A stretch of DNA of 63,759 nt, from NCBI GenBank assembly GCA_002778465.1, contig PFBV01000004.1, forward strand, positions 35,943 through 99,701. Reading direction: 5' to 3'. The translations under genes and the position numbers were made by a program. Positions 45,839-54,250 of this stretch are shown here, in pieces. Position 1 is the stretch's first letter, and the number at the start of each line of letters is the position of its first letter. The DNA comes from Candidatus Magasanikbacteria bacterium CG10_big_fil_rev_8_21_14_0_10_36_32. GTDB taxonomy: Bacteria; Patescibacteriota; Patescibacteriia; Magasanikbacterales; GWA2-37-8. Under the pieces are notes generated by a model, which was not told where the DNA came from, searched no databases, and saw nothing but the letters and a program-made list of their open reading frames with translations.

Positions 45839-47626
45839 TTATCGTTTAAGTACCTCAAGGTATGTTTCTGCGGGTATGTCAATTTTGCCGTGAGCTTTCA
45901 TTTTTAATTTTCCTTTTTTCTGTTTTTTAAGCAGTTTCATTTTTCTGGTAACATCGCCTCCATATAGCTTAGCCGTCACATCTTTGCGGAAGGCTGTCAA
46001 ACGCTCGGCGGCAATTATTTTTCCGCCGATGGCGGCTTGAATTTTAACTTCAAACTGCTGGCGTGGCAAACTTTTTTTCAGTGAGTCAACTATTTTTCTT
46101 CCGACATTATAAGCTTCATCTTCCCAAACCAAAGTCGCCAGCGATTCCACCTGTTCATCGGCAATGACAATATCCAATTTAATCACTGAGGTTGATTCGT
46201 ATCCGATGTGTTCGTAATTCATTGAAGCGTATCCGGAAGTGACAGTTTTCAGTTTGTCATAAAAATCCGTAATCAATGAAGCCAGAGGAATTTCATAATG
46301 TAACATAGCTCGCTGATCTGTGCCGGCGCTTAAATATTCGGTATTTAAATATCGTCCGCGTCGTTCGGATACCAAAGCCATTACATTGCCAACATAATTT
46401 TTTGGCGTAATGACATCTAAAGACATCCACGGTTCAAAAACATCTTTAATTCTTGCCGGATCGGGCATTTCTTGCGGACTGTGCACGATAATTTCTTCAC
46501 TATTGCTTTTTACGACTTTGTAAGCGACGCTGGGAACGGTAATGACCACATCAATATCATGTTCGCGTTTCAGGCGTTCTTGAAAAATATCCAAATGCAA
46601 CATTCCTAAAAATCCGCAACGGAATCCAAAACCAAGCGCTTGCGAATGTTCTGGTTCGTAATAAAGAGATGAATCGCTTAATTTTAATTTATCTATAGCA
46701 TCACGCAGTTCACGATATTGATCACCCTCTTTCGGAAAAATTCCGGCAAAAACCATTGGCTTGACTTCTTTATAGCCAGGCAGAGGAGTGGTAGCTAATT
46801 TTTCATTTAACAATGTAATTGTATCACCGACACGGCAATCGCGAACTTCTTTCAATCCAGTGATAATATAGCCGATTTCGCCATTTTTTAATTTATCAGC
46901 TGTTTGAAATTTTGGAGTGTAATATCCAATTTCCAAAACTTCGGCTGGTGTTTTGGTTGTCATTAAAATTATTTTATCGCCTTTTTTTAATTCACCGTCT
47001 ACTATTCTGACTGAAGCGACTACTCCTTTAAATTCGTTATATTCAGAATCAAAAATTAAAGCGCGTGGCGTCAATGATGAATGATCTTTTGGCGGTTGTG
47101 TTTTTTGAATAATCGCGTCTAAAATTTCTTCCACTCCGACGCCGGTTTTTCCAGAAGCTAAAATTATGTCGCTTTCAGGACAGCCAATTAAATGAATAAT
47201 TTCCGCTTTGGTTTTTTCAATATTAGCCAGTGGCATATCAATTTTATTGATAACCGGAATAATTGATAAATTTTGTTCCAAAGCCAAATAAAGATTACCG
47301 ATAGTTTGCGCTTGTACACCTTGTGTAGCATCAACTAATAAAATTGCCCCTTCTACGGCCGCCAACGAACGGGAAACTTCATAATTAAAATCAACATGTC
47401 CCGGAGTATCAATAAGATTCAAAATATAATCACGATATTTTAATCTGACCGGCGTAAGTTTTATGGTTATTCCGCGTTCACGTTCCAAATCCATTGAATC
47501 AAGCAATTGATTTTTCATATCTCGCCGAGAAACCGTTCCGGTCAATTCCAAAAATCGATCGGCCAGGGTGCTTTTTCCATGGTCAATGTGGGCAATAATG
47601 CAGAAATTTCTAATTTGTTCATTCAT
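45839..47626 (-). CDS. lepA: translation elongation factor 4 (LepA)
   Basis: IRNFCIIAHIDHGKSTLADR, DTPGHVDF, NKID, and the LepA-specific C-terminus. Confidence 0.97.
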   Translation of the reverse strand: MNEQIRNFCIIAHIDHGKSTLADRFLELTGTVSRRDMKNQLLDSMDLERERGITIKLTPVRLKYRDYILNLIDTPGHVDFNYEVSRSLAAVEGAILLVDATQGVQAQTIGNLYLALEQNLSIIPVINKIDMPLANIEKTKAEIIHLIGCPESDIILASGKTGVGVEEILDAIIQKTQPPKDHSSLTPRALIFDSEYNEFKGVVASVRIVDGELKKGDKIILMTTKTPAEVLEIGYYTPKFQTADKLKNGEIGYIITGLKEVRDCRVGDTITLLNEKLATTPLPGYKEVKPMVFAGIFPKEGDQYRELRDAIDKLKLSDSSLYYEPEHSQALGFGFRCGFLGMLHLDIFQERLKREHDIDVVITVPSVAYKVVKSNSEEIIVHSPQEMPDPARIKDVFEPWMSLDVITPKNYVGNVMALVSERRGRYLNTEYLSAGTDQRAMLHYEIPLASLITDFYDKLKTVTSGYASMNYEHIGYESTSVIKLDIVIADEQVESLATLVWEDEAYNVGRKIVDSLKKSLPRQQFEVKIQAAIGGKIIAAERLTAFRKDVTAKLYGGDVTRKMKLLKKQKKGKLKMKAHGKIDIPAETYLEVLKR

Positions 47627-47636
47627 AAATTGTTTA

Positions 47637-49259
47637 CTATTCCTTTGTGTCTGTCATTGCTTCGGCCGGCAGGTTATTTGATTTTAAAAATCTTTTTTCA
47701 AAACTATTTTTAAAATGTATAAATTCCGGCACTTTGAGAAGATAGCATATTAAACCGTAAATTGCCAGACCCATTACTCCGGCCACAAAACCCTGTCCAA
47801 AAATACCTAAGAAATAATTTAAATTGAAAATTTTCGCCAGTGGATATTTAAGCCATTGGATAACCAATCCCATTACTAAAGCGGCGGCGAGAATTCTGTA
47901 TAATGATGATAGTATTTTTTCAGCCTCAATGATTTTTATTTTTTGCCGCAATTTAATAAATAAAATTACAGCATTAATTGTTGCGCCAATTGAACAAGCC
48001 AATGCCAAACCGGCAACACCAAGCGGTTTCATTAAAATTAAAGCGGCGATGATGCTTATTAATTCTGAAATCACGCCGATGATAAAAGGGGTTTGTGTGT
48101 CGGTTAAAGAATAAAACGCGCGAGCCAGTAAAGGAATTAATGATTGAGCAAATAGTCCAAACGCGAAGAAAGCTAACGCATTGGCGGTATGAATAGTCGC
48201 TTCCCAATCAAAAGCGCCGGTTCCAAGCACCACGCGGACAATTTGCGCTCGCAATAACATAATGGCGATTGAAACAGGAATAATTAAAAATAATATTTGG
48301 CGAATGGTAGCGGAAAGATTTTTAGCAAATTCTTGCATATCGTTTTTGGCGGCGGCTGATGATAAAACAGGAAAAACAGCCAAAGCAAAAGGTATACCAA
48401 TAATGCCAATCGGTACTCCTTGAAGATTGTTGGCGTAATTATAAACAGCTACACTGCCCAACGGCAACCAGGAAGCTAAAACTGTTACTACCACGATGTT
48501 TAATTGAGATATGGCTAAACCTAAAGTTCGTGGCGCCATTAATTTGGCGATTAAAACCATTTCTTTGTCACGCAAATCAAAAATCCATTTCCAGCGGTAG
48601 CCGGATTGCCAAGCTCCATAAAATTGTAAGGCAAAATGCATGGCCGCGCCAAAAACTACACCCCAAGCCAAACCGGTAATACCAAAAATCGGAACAAACA
48701 CAATTGCGCCGATAATGATGCCGACATTATAAAATATTGGAGCGATTGAATATAATAAAAATTTTCTTAGCGATTGTAAAATTCCTCCCAAAGTCATGGA
48801 CAGACCTAGAAATATCGGCGAGAAAAACATTATTCTAGTAAATGTAATCACTAACATTTTATTTTCTTCGGAAAATCCAGGCGCAATCAACGGAGCGAAA
48901 TGTTGAGAAAAAATTACTCCCAAACCGCCAAGTATAATGAGAGTAATTCCGGCAATGTTAAAAATATTATTGGCCATTCGCCAGGCTAAACTTTTGTCTT
49001 CGCCATGTTGTTGAAATAGTTTGGTGAAAACTGGAATAAAACCAGCGGTTAGCGCTCCGACGATTAAAAGATTATAAATTAAATCAGGAATTTTAAAAGC
49101 GGCGTAATAAGCATCCATTATCGCTCCAGCTCCAAAGTAGTGCGCAAAAATACGGTCGCGGACTAAACCGATAATACGACTTAATAAAGTAGCGCCGGCG
49201 ATTATTAAAGCGGCGCCGGTGATGGTTTTAGACTGATTATTTAAAGCTTGAGTAATCAT
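47637..49259 (-). CDS. murJ: lipid II flippase MurJ (MviN)
   Basis: 540 aa, about 14 TM helices. ..LLSRIIGLVRDRIFAHYFGAG...DAYYAAFKIPD. Confidence 0.9.
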   Translation of the reverse strand: MITQALNNQSKTITGAALIIAGATLLSRIIGLVRDRIFAHYFGAGAIMDAYYAAFKIPDLIYNLLIVGALTAGFIPVFTKLFQQHGEDKSLAWRMANNIFNIAGITLIILGGLGVIFSQHFAPLIAPGFSEENKMLVITFTRIMFFSPIFLGLSMTLGGILQSLRKFLLYSIAPIFYNVGIIIGAIVFVPIFGITGLAWGVVFGAAMHFALQFYGAWQSGYRWKWIFDLRDKEMVLIAKLMAPRTLGLAISQLNIVVVTVLASWLPLGSVAVYNYANNLQGVPIGIIGIPFALAVFPVLSSAAAKNDMQEFAKNLSATIRQILFLIIPVSIAIMLLRAQIVRVVLGTGAFDWEATIHTANALAFFAFGLFAQSLIPLLARAFYSLTDTQTPFIIGVISELISIIAALILMKPLGVAGLALACSIGATINAVILFIKLRQKIKIIEAEKILSSLYRILAAALVMGLVIQWLKYPLAKIFNLNYFLGIFGQGFVAGVMGLAIYGLICYLLKVPEFIHFKNSFEKRFLKSNNLPAEAMTDTKE

Positions 49260-49309
49260 TAATTTGAAATTGGAAATTGTAAACCGGAAACGCGTTTGTC
49301 AGTGAAAAA

Positions 49310-49999
49310 TTATTGTTGATTGGTAGTGGTTGCTGGAATATTTACGATTAAGAAAGCGTAATTTATTTTTTTACTGTTTTCCGGATGTTGTGTATAAACT
49401 GTTCCGTCAATTCCGTCGTTGCGGCTAAAAGTGAATTGTTTAAAAAGCTTACCCTCACTTTCGGTTTCGATTTTAAAGTGCTTGTCTCGTAATTTATTTT
49501 TATAAAAAGAAATCAAGAAACTTGGTTCCGCTTGAACATCGCGCCATTCAATCTGAATTGTATCGCGATTGTCGCTGACCGGAGTGGTAACCAATCGCCA
49601 AAAATTATAAACATTGAATTTTTTTGTCGTGCTGGGTATTTGTTCCCCTGTGTTTTGTTCATTTTTTAATGAATAAAACAAAGGTGATAAAACTATTTTT
49701 GGAATCAGTGAAGCAATGCCAATACTTCGGCTTTTGTATTTTCCGGAGATAAAAGTAATACCATCTACATTGTACTCATCATATAGAGAAATATCTTGCG
49801 GAAAAGATTCTGGCAGCGTTTTTAATCGTTGCGGGCCTTGTCCAATGTAAATTTTTAATCCTACTACCAGTCCAATAATAATTAAAATAAAAAAACCGCA
49901 ACTGCTCATACAGGCCGCAGCAAAACCAAATTTCTTTTTAGTTAATTCGCGCATCGGCGGTTCAACAATCTGCACATCTTTAATTAAATCTTTGTCCAT
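49310..49999 (-). CDS. hypothetical membrane-anchored protein
   Basis: 229 aa with one TM helix (FFILIIIGLVVGLKIYI). No motif recognised. Confidence 0.5.
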   Translation of the reverse strand: MDKDLIKDVQIVEPPMRELTKKKFGFAAACMSSCGFFILIIIGLVVGLKIYIGQGPQRLKTLPESFPQDISLYDEYNVDGITFISGKYKSRSIGIASLIPKIVLSPLFYSLKNEQNTGEQIPSTTKKFNVYNFWRLVTTPVSDNRDTIQIEWRDVQAEPSFLISFYKNKLRDKHFKIETESEGKLFKQFTFSRNDGIDGTVYTQHPENSKKINYAFLIVNIPATTTNQQ

Positions 50000-50063
50000 A
50001 AGTTGAAATAATTAGTAAACATATTCTATCAGAGTTTTCCAGCTTTGTGTAGTGGGTAAAGTG

Positions 50064-50072
50064 TGATATACT
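50064..50072 (+). promoter_or_regulatory. extended -10 element TGATATACT
   Basis: gTGTGATATACT lies 48 nt upstream of the 50120 ATG. It shares the TGTGATATA core with the hrcA and 53856 promoters. Confidence 0.45.
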
Positions 50073-50119
50073 ATTAATAGTCCATAGTTGATAGTTTATG
50101 GACAATAGCCAATAGTTTT

Positions 50120-51490
50120 ATGGATATTTCTTTTTATGGAGCGGCACGAGAAGTGACAGGATCGTGTAATTTGTTGTCTGACGGCAAGGTTAAAATACTT
50201 GTGGATTGCGGCGCTTTTCAAGGTGGGGATTTTTTAGAAAATAGAAATGAGCATACCTTTGCTTTTGACCCAAAAGAATTAACGGCCGTAATGGTGACTC
50301 ATTCACACTTAGATCATGTCGGCCGGTTACCTCTATTAGTAAAAGGCGGATTTAGCGGATATTTTTATGCTACGCCACCAACTGTTGATTTAACGAGGTT
50401 GATTTTGTTAGATGCTCTAGAAGTAATGACATATAATTCTCGCAAATTTGGCACGCCGATTTTATATAGCGAGATAGACATTAATAATGTAATGGCGCAA
50501 TTTAAAACAGTTGAGTATCACGAAGAACAAATTATAAAAACCGTTTCTGGGCAAGAAATAAAGTTTAAATTTTATGATGCCGGACATATTTTTGGTTCGG
50601 CTTTCATTGAAATTAATTTGTCCGGCAAAAAGATTATTTTTTCCGGCGATGTAGGCAATGCCGAAGTTCCTATTTTAAGAGAAACGGAAAAATTACCAAA
50701 TGATGTCGATGTGGTGGTTTGTGAATCCACATATGGTGATCGGTTGCATAATGTACAAAATAAAAGACAGGAAGTTATAGAAAAAATTATAAAATCAGCA
50801 ATTGATAGAGGTGGAGTTCTGATGATACCGGCATTTTCGGTGGAAAGAACACAAGAACTTTTGTATAACTTAAATGATTTAATTCAGCACAAGAAGTTGT
50901 TACCTCGAGATATTCCAATCTTTTTAGATAGCCCATTGTCTATTGACGCAACCGAAGTTTTTCGTCGTTATCCTAAATATTATGATGAGGAAGCAATAAA
51001 ATTTTTACAAGCGGAAAATGATTTGTTTGAATTTCCCGGTTTGCGTGTTTGTTACAATAAAGAAGAATCAAAAAAAATAAACAGCACGCCCGGAGTGAAA
51101 ATTATTATTGCCGGCGCCGGTATGATGAATGGCGGTCGGATTATGCATCACGCCCTCCGGTATTTATCAGACTTTAGAAATACATTATTCTTTGTCGGTT
51201 ATCAAGCCAATAATACTTTGGGTCGGAGGATTTTGGAAGGGGAGTCGCCGGTTGATATTTTTGGAGAAAAAATTTCTGTCCGTTGCAAAATTGAAGCAGT
51301 CAGTATTTTATCAGCTCATGCTGATCAGAAAAAAATATTGGAATGGCTGAATAATTCCGGACATCATCCAAAAAAGATTTTTTTGAATCATGGTGAATCG
51401 CAAGCTTGTGATGTATTACGGGACAAATTATTTTCTGAATTTCAAATTGATGTCACCGTAGCGGAATACGAAATACCATTAGAGGTATAA
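50120..51490 (+). CDS. MBL-fold beta-CASP family nuclease (RNA-metabolising, RNase J/CPSF-like)
   Basis: HSHLDHVG, later DAGH, and ESTYG.. beta-CASP motifs. C-terminal ..SAHAD and NHGE. Confidence 0.8.
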   Translation: MDISFYGAAREVTGSCNLLSDGKVKILVDCGAFQGGDFLENRNEHTFAFDPKELTAVMVTHSHLDHVGRLPLLVKGGFSGYFYATPPTVDLTRLILLDALEVMTYNSRKFGTPILYSEIDINNVMAQFKTVEYHEEQIIKTVSGQEIKFKFYDAGHIFGSAFIEINLSGKKIIFSGDVGNAEVPILRETEKLPNDVDVVVCESTYGDRLHNVQNKRQEVIEKIIKSAIDRGGVLMIPAFSVERTQELLYNLNDLIQHKKLLPRDIPIFLDSPLSIDATEVFRRYPKYYDEEAIKFLQAENDLFEFPGLRVCYNKEESKKINSTPGVKIIIAGAGMMNGGRIMHHALRYLSDFRNTLFFVGYQANNTLGRRILEGESPVDIFGEKISVRCKIEAVSILSAHADQKKILEWLNNSGHHPKKIFLNHGESQACDVLRDKLFSEFQIDVTVAEYEIPLEV

Positions 51491-51567
51491 AATACTATAA
51501 ATTATCCCAGTATCAAATCCCCTTATACCTTTATTTAATTCTAGTTTACTTTCAAGACATCGGCTCC

Positions 51568-51584
51568 GTCCCGCTGAGCGGGAC
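51568..51584. repeat. GC hairpin GTCCCGC-TGA-GCGGGAC
   Basis: Perfect 7-bp stem in the long intergenic region. Confidence 0.7.
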
Positions 51585-51660
51585 TCCGCCTTACATTTTA
51601 TTAATTCAAATACTCACATTGGATTGATACGGGATTGTTAACTGTTACAAAATTTACTTC

Positions 51661-51677
51661 GTCCGCAAAATGCGGAC
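51661..51677. repeat. hairpin GTCCGCA-AAA-TGCGGAC (CGCAAAATG family)
   Basis: Perfect 7-bp stem. Shares the CGCAAAATG core with 51703-51723 and 51881-51900. Confidence 0.7.
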
Positions 51678-51702
51678 TCAAAAATTTTGGACGTTAACAA
51701 AA

Positions 51703-51732
51703 AGCCTCGCAAAATGCGGGGCTTATTTTTTT
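51703..51732 (+). terminator. intrinsic terminator (CGCAAAATG family)
   Basis: AGCCTCGCA pairs with TGCGGGGCT with one G-U pair, followed by TATTTTTTT. Confidence 0.7.
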
Positions 51733-51872
51733 AGATTTACCAATGTTTAGAAAAAAATTAAGTTTTTTCAACTTTTGAATTGGCAAAAAGTCAAAGACAT
51801 TCGGCGTATTGGTTATTTTGAATTTTGAATTATAATTTTGATTTTTGCATTTTGATCTTTGACTTAAAAGAG

Positions 51873-51881
51873 TTATCCACA
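51873..51881 (+). promoter_or_regulatory. perfect DnaA-box consensus TTATCCACA (single copy)
   Basis: Exact 9-mer. I found no second close match nearby. Confidence 0.5.
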
Positions 51882-51907
51882 ACCCCGCAAAATGTGGGTT
51901 TTTTTGT
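51881..51907 (+). terminator. terminator-like hairpin (CGCAAAATG family) plus T7 run
   Basis: AACCCCGCAAAATGTGGGTT followed by TTTTTTT. The stem is imperfect. Confidence 0.5.
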
Positions 51908-51941
51908 TTTGTTTTAGCCAAAATTTATTTGGTGAAAAATG

Positions 51942-51992
51942 TTGACCAATGTTTAAAAGTGGTGTAAAATGGAAGTAGGTGGTAAAAAGTGG
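51942..51992 (+). promoter_or_regulatory. mraZ promoter overlapped by four 10-bp-phased MraZ-box-like repeats
   Basis: TTGACC (51942-47), 17-nt spacer, TAAAAT (51965-70). Boxes AAAGTGG 51956, AAAATGG 51966, TAGGTGG 51976 and AAAGTGG 51986 are in exact 10-nt register. Confidence 0.65.
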
Positions 51993-52047
51993 GGAAGTAG
52001 CTAAAAATGGATACAAATGCTTGCGTTATCCATTTACTAAAATTTCT

Positions 52048-52479
52048 ATGTTTATTGGTGAATATAATCATAATTTAGATGACAAAGGACGTTTGGCAAT
52101 ACCGGCTAAATTTCGTTTAGAATTAAAAAAGGGAGCAGTTGTCACTCGTGGTTTAGACAACTGCTTATTTTTATATACAAAACAAGAATGGGAAAAATTA
52201 GCGGTGAAATTAGCTTCGTTGCCGATTAGTCAATCAAACAGTCGGGCATTTGCTCGCTTAATGTTAGCCGGTGCGATGGATGTTGAATCAGATAAGCAGG
52301 GTCGGGTGATTTTGCCAGAGTATTTAAGAAAATTTGCCGGATTGAAAAAATCGGTTGTAGTGGCTGGATTGTATAGTCGATTAGAAATTTGGGATGAAGA
52401 AAAATGGTCTATTTACAAACAACAAACTGAATCTGAAAGCGGTACCATTGCCGAGCGGATGGGTGAGCTGGGGGTTTAA
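52048..52479 (+). CDS. mraZ: transcriptional regulator MraZ
   Basis: MFIGEYNHNLDDKGRLAIPAKFR and a second DxxGR repeat (DKQGRVILP). Internal ATG at 52048. Confidence 0.92.
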   Translation: MFIGEYNHNLDDKGRLAIPAKFRLELKKGAVVTRGLDNCLFLYTKQEWEKLAVKLASLPISQSNSRAFARLMLAGAMDVESDKQGRVILPEYLRKFAGLKKSVVVAGLYSRLEIWDEEKWSIYKQQTESESGTIAERMGELGV

Positions 52480-52496
52480 ATCTTTAAAATTTAATT

Positions 52497-53411
52497 ATGG
52501 AGAGGCATATTCCCGTTTTATTAAACGAAGTGATTGAGGCGTTAAGTTTGAAACCCAACGCCAATATTATTGATTGTACTTTGGGTGACGGCGGACACAG
52601 TGAAGCGATTTTGGAAATAACCGGTTCAAACGGAAAAATAATGGGAATGGATGCTGACGCTGAATCTTTGTTGAGAGCGAAAAGATATTTATATCGCTAT
52701 GGTGATCGGGTAATTTATGTCAGAGATAATTTTGTTAATTTAAAAAAAGCGGTTGAAGAAAATAGTTTCAAGCAAGTTGACGGAGTGTTAATGGATTTAG
52801 GTTGGTCAATGCCGCAATTTTTTGAACGGGGCAGAGGATTCAGTTTTAATCCTGTGAATAGCGAAGGTGAGCCGTTGGATATGAGATTTGATACTAATAA
52901 TTCAACCACAGCGGCCGATATAATAAAAAATTCCAATAAGGAAGAATTGGCTGGAATATTTAAAAAATTTGGTGAGGAAAAATTTAGTCGTGAAATTGCT
53001 TCGGCAATAGTGACAGCAAGGAAAAAAAATCCGATTGAAACAACAGGTCAGTTGAATGAAATAATTCTGGATGTTTACCGGACAAAATTACAAACTGAAA
53101 AAGAAGTGCCGTGGGTTGGTGGTTTACATCCGGCGACTAAGGTATATCAAGCTTTAAGAGTAGCAGTTAATCGTGAATTGGAAATGTTGTCAATGAGTTT
53201 ACCGCAAGCAATAGAGGTGTTGGCGCCGCAAGGACGATTAGCTGTTATCACTTTTCATTCTTTGGAGGACAGAATAGTTAAACAGTATTTTCAAACGCTT
53301 GGAGACAAATGTGTTGTAATCAATAAAAAACCGATTATTGCAGGAGAAGAAGAGTTGAAAAATAATCCTCGGGCGAGAAGCGCAAAGTTAAGAATTATAG
53401 AAAAAAAATAA
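52497..53411 (+). CDS. rsmH: 16S rRNA (cytosine1402-N4)-methyltransferase RsmH
   Basis: HIPVLLNEV, DCTLGDGGHS, DLGWS, FHSLEDR. Confidence 0.93.
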   Translation: MERHIPVLLNEVIEALSLKPNANIIDCTLGDGGHSEAILEITGSNGKIMGMDADAESLLRAKRYLYRYGDRVIYVRDNFVNLKKAVEENSFKQVDGVLMDLGWSMPQFFERGRGFSFNPVNSEGEPLDMRFDTNNSTTAADIIKNSNKEELAGIFKKFGEEKFSREIASAIVTARKKNPIETTGQLNEIILDVYRTKLQTEKEVPWVGGLHPATKVYQALRVAVNRELEMLSMSLPQAIEVLAPQGRLAVITFHSLEDRIVKQYFQTLGDKCVVINKKPIIAGEEELKNNPRARSAKLRIIEKK

Positions 53412-53422
53412 TTTTATAAAGT

Positions 53423-53794
53423 ATGTCATTACGCCGTAAAATAAAATATCAATTTGAATATTACCACAGATTTTTGTTGAGTGTGGGCAGTTGTTTAAGA
53501 CCGCCGGCTTGGTTAGTTGGGCGCGGAATGAGAGTGATATGTTTATTTTTATTGACTGTGGTGTCAGTGGCGTATATTGGCGCTATCAGCCGGGCGGCCG
53601 GTAGCGGATATCAAATGAAAAGCTTACAAAAGAGAGTTGATAATTTACAAATGGAAATACAAAAAATTGATGTGGATATTGCCGGTCAGAATTCAATGTC
53701 CAGTTTAGAAAAACGTTTGCAAGAAACCGATATGATTTTAGTAAAAAATATTAAATATATTGTCATTTCCGGTTCGGAAATGGCGAAACAGTAG
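53423..53794 (+). CDS. FtsL-like bitopic cell-division protein (by position and topology)
   Basis: 123 aa: TM helix followed by coiled coil (LQKRVDNLQMEIQKIDVDI), directly after rsmH. Confidence 0.45.
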   Translation: MSLRRKIKYQFEYYHRFLLSVGSCLRPPAWLVGRGMRVICLFLLTVVSVAYIGAISRAAGSGYQMKSLQKRVDNLQMEIQKIDVDIAGQNSMSSLEKRLQETDMILVKNIKYIVISGSEMAKQ

Positions 53795-53824
53795 TTTTAG
53801 TTCCTTTGTTCCCCATGGCAAAAG

Positions 53825-53849
53825 GGCCGCCTGTTTGGCGGTCTTTTTG
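53825..53849 (+). terminator. intrinsic terminator
   Basis: GGCCGCC (53825-31) pairs with GGCGGTC (53837-43), then TTTTT. Confidence 0.65.
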
Positions 53850-53855
53850 TATGTG

Positions 53856-53864
53856 TGATATAAT
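53856..53864 (+). promoter_or_regulatory. extended -10 element TGATATAAT
   Basis: gTGTGATATAAT lies 26 nt upstream of the 53890 ATG. Confidence 0.5.
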
Positions 53865-53889
53865 ATGTAAGAACAATTTATAGACAATT

Positions 53890-54249
53890 ATGTTTTTTTT
53901 GGTATTACAAAGACTATTTTTTGGGGCAGTGATTGATATTCTTTATTTTCCGATTTGGTGGTATATCGGCGGCACAAAACATGCCGCGATTTGGTGTTTG
54001 CAACTTTTGAAAAAAGGCAATGACACATTGGCTCCGGCTTTGTGGTTGCAAAATATTTTTGTGCCGATGTATGGCCAGTATGATTGGCAGGGACGAATAA
54101 TCAGTTTTCTTGTCCGTTCAGCGCAGGTATTTGTCCGCAGTTTAGCTTTGGTTTTGTGGCTGGCGGTTTGCTGGTTGTTGCTTTTAATTTGGTTAGCAAT
54201 GCCGTTGGTGACAGCTTATGGATTATTAAAATCGGTGATTAAACTTTGA
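53890..54249 (+). CDS. hypothetical multi-pass membrane protein
   Basis: 119 aa, hydrophobic. Its stop lies 1 nt before the Clp-like start. Confidence 0.45.
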   Translation: MFFLVLQRLFFGAVIDILYFPIWWYIGGTKHAAIWCLQLLKKGNDTLAPALWLQNIFVPMYGQYDWQGRIISFLVRSAQVFVRSLALVLWLAVCWLLLLIWLAMPLVTAYGLLKSVIKL

Positions 54250-54250
54250 T

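Noticed and set aside
51811-51860. Tandem (A/T)TTTTGA heptamers and other short repeats as a CRISPR array or minisatellite
   Set aside because: The units are only 7 nt and imperfect, with no spacer structure and no cas genes anywhere in the window.
51979-52047. Long N-terminal extensions proposed by the track for mraZ (51979), murA (23832), rplI (30000), era (30056), the S8 peptidase (32367), ppiB (11796), the half-GT (38524), hrcA (14703) and the GT2 gene at 61698
   Set aside because: The extensions overlap promoters, operators, terminators or divergent genes, and they add non-conserved residues ahead of canonical N-termini (for example MFIGEYNH.., MKVIFLQN.., MSYLIINGG..). Internal ATGs were used instead.
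51491-52047. Replication origin (oriC) in the long AT-rich gap with the perfect DnaA box
   Set aside because: There is only one consensus DnaA box, no cluster, and no adjacent dnaA, dnaN or rpmH. Gene orientation does not switch here in an origin-like way.
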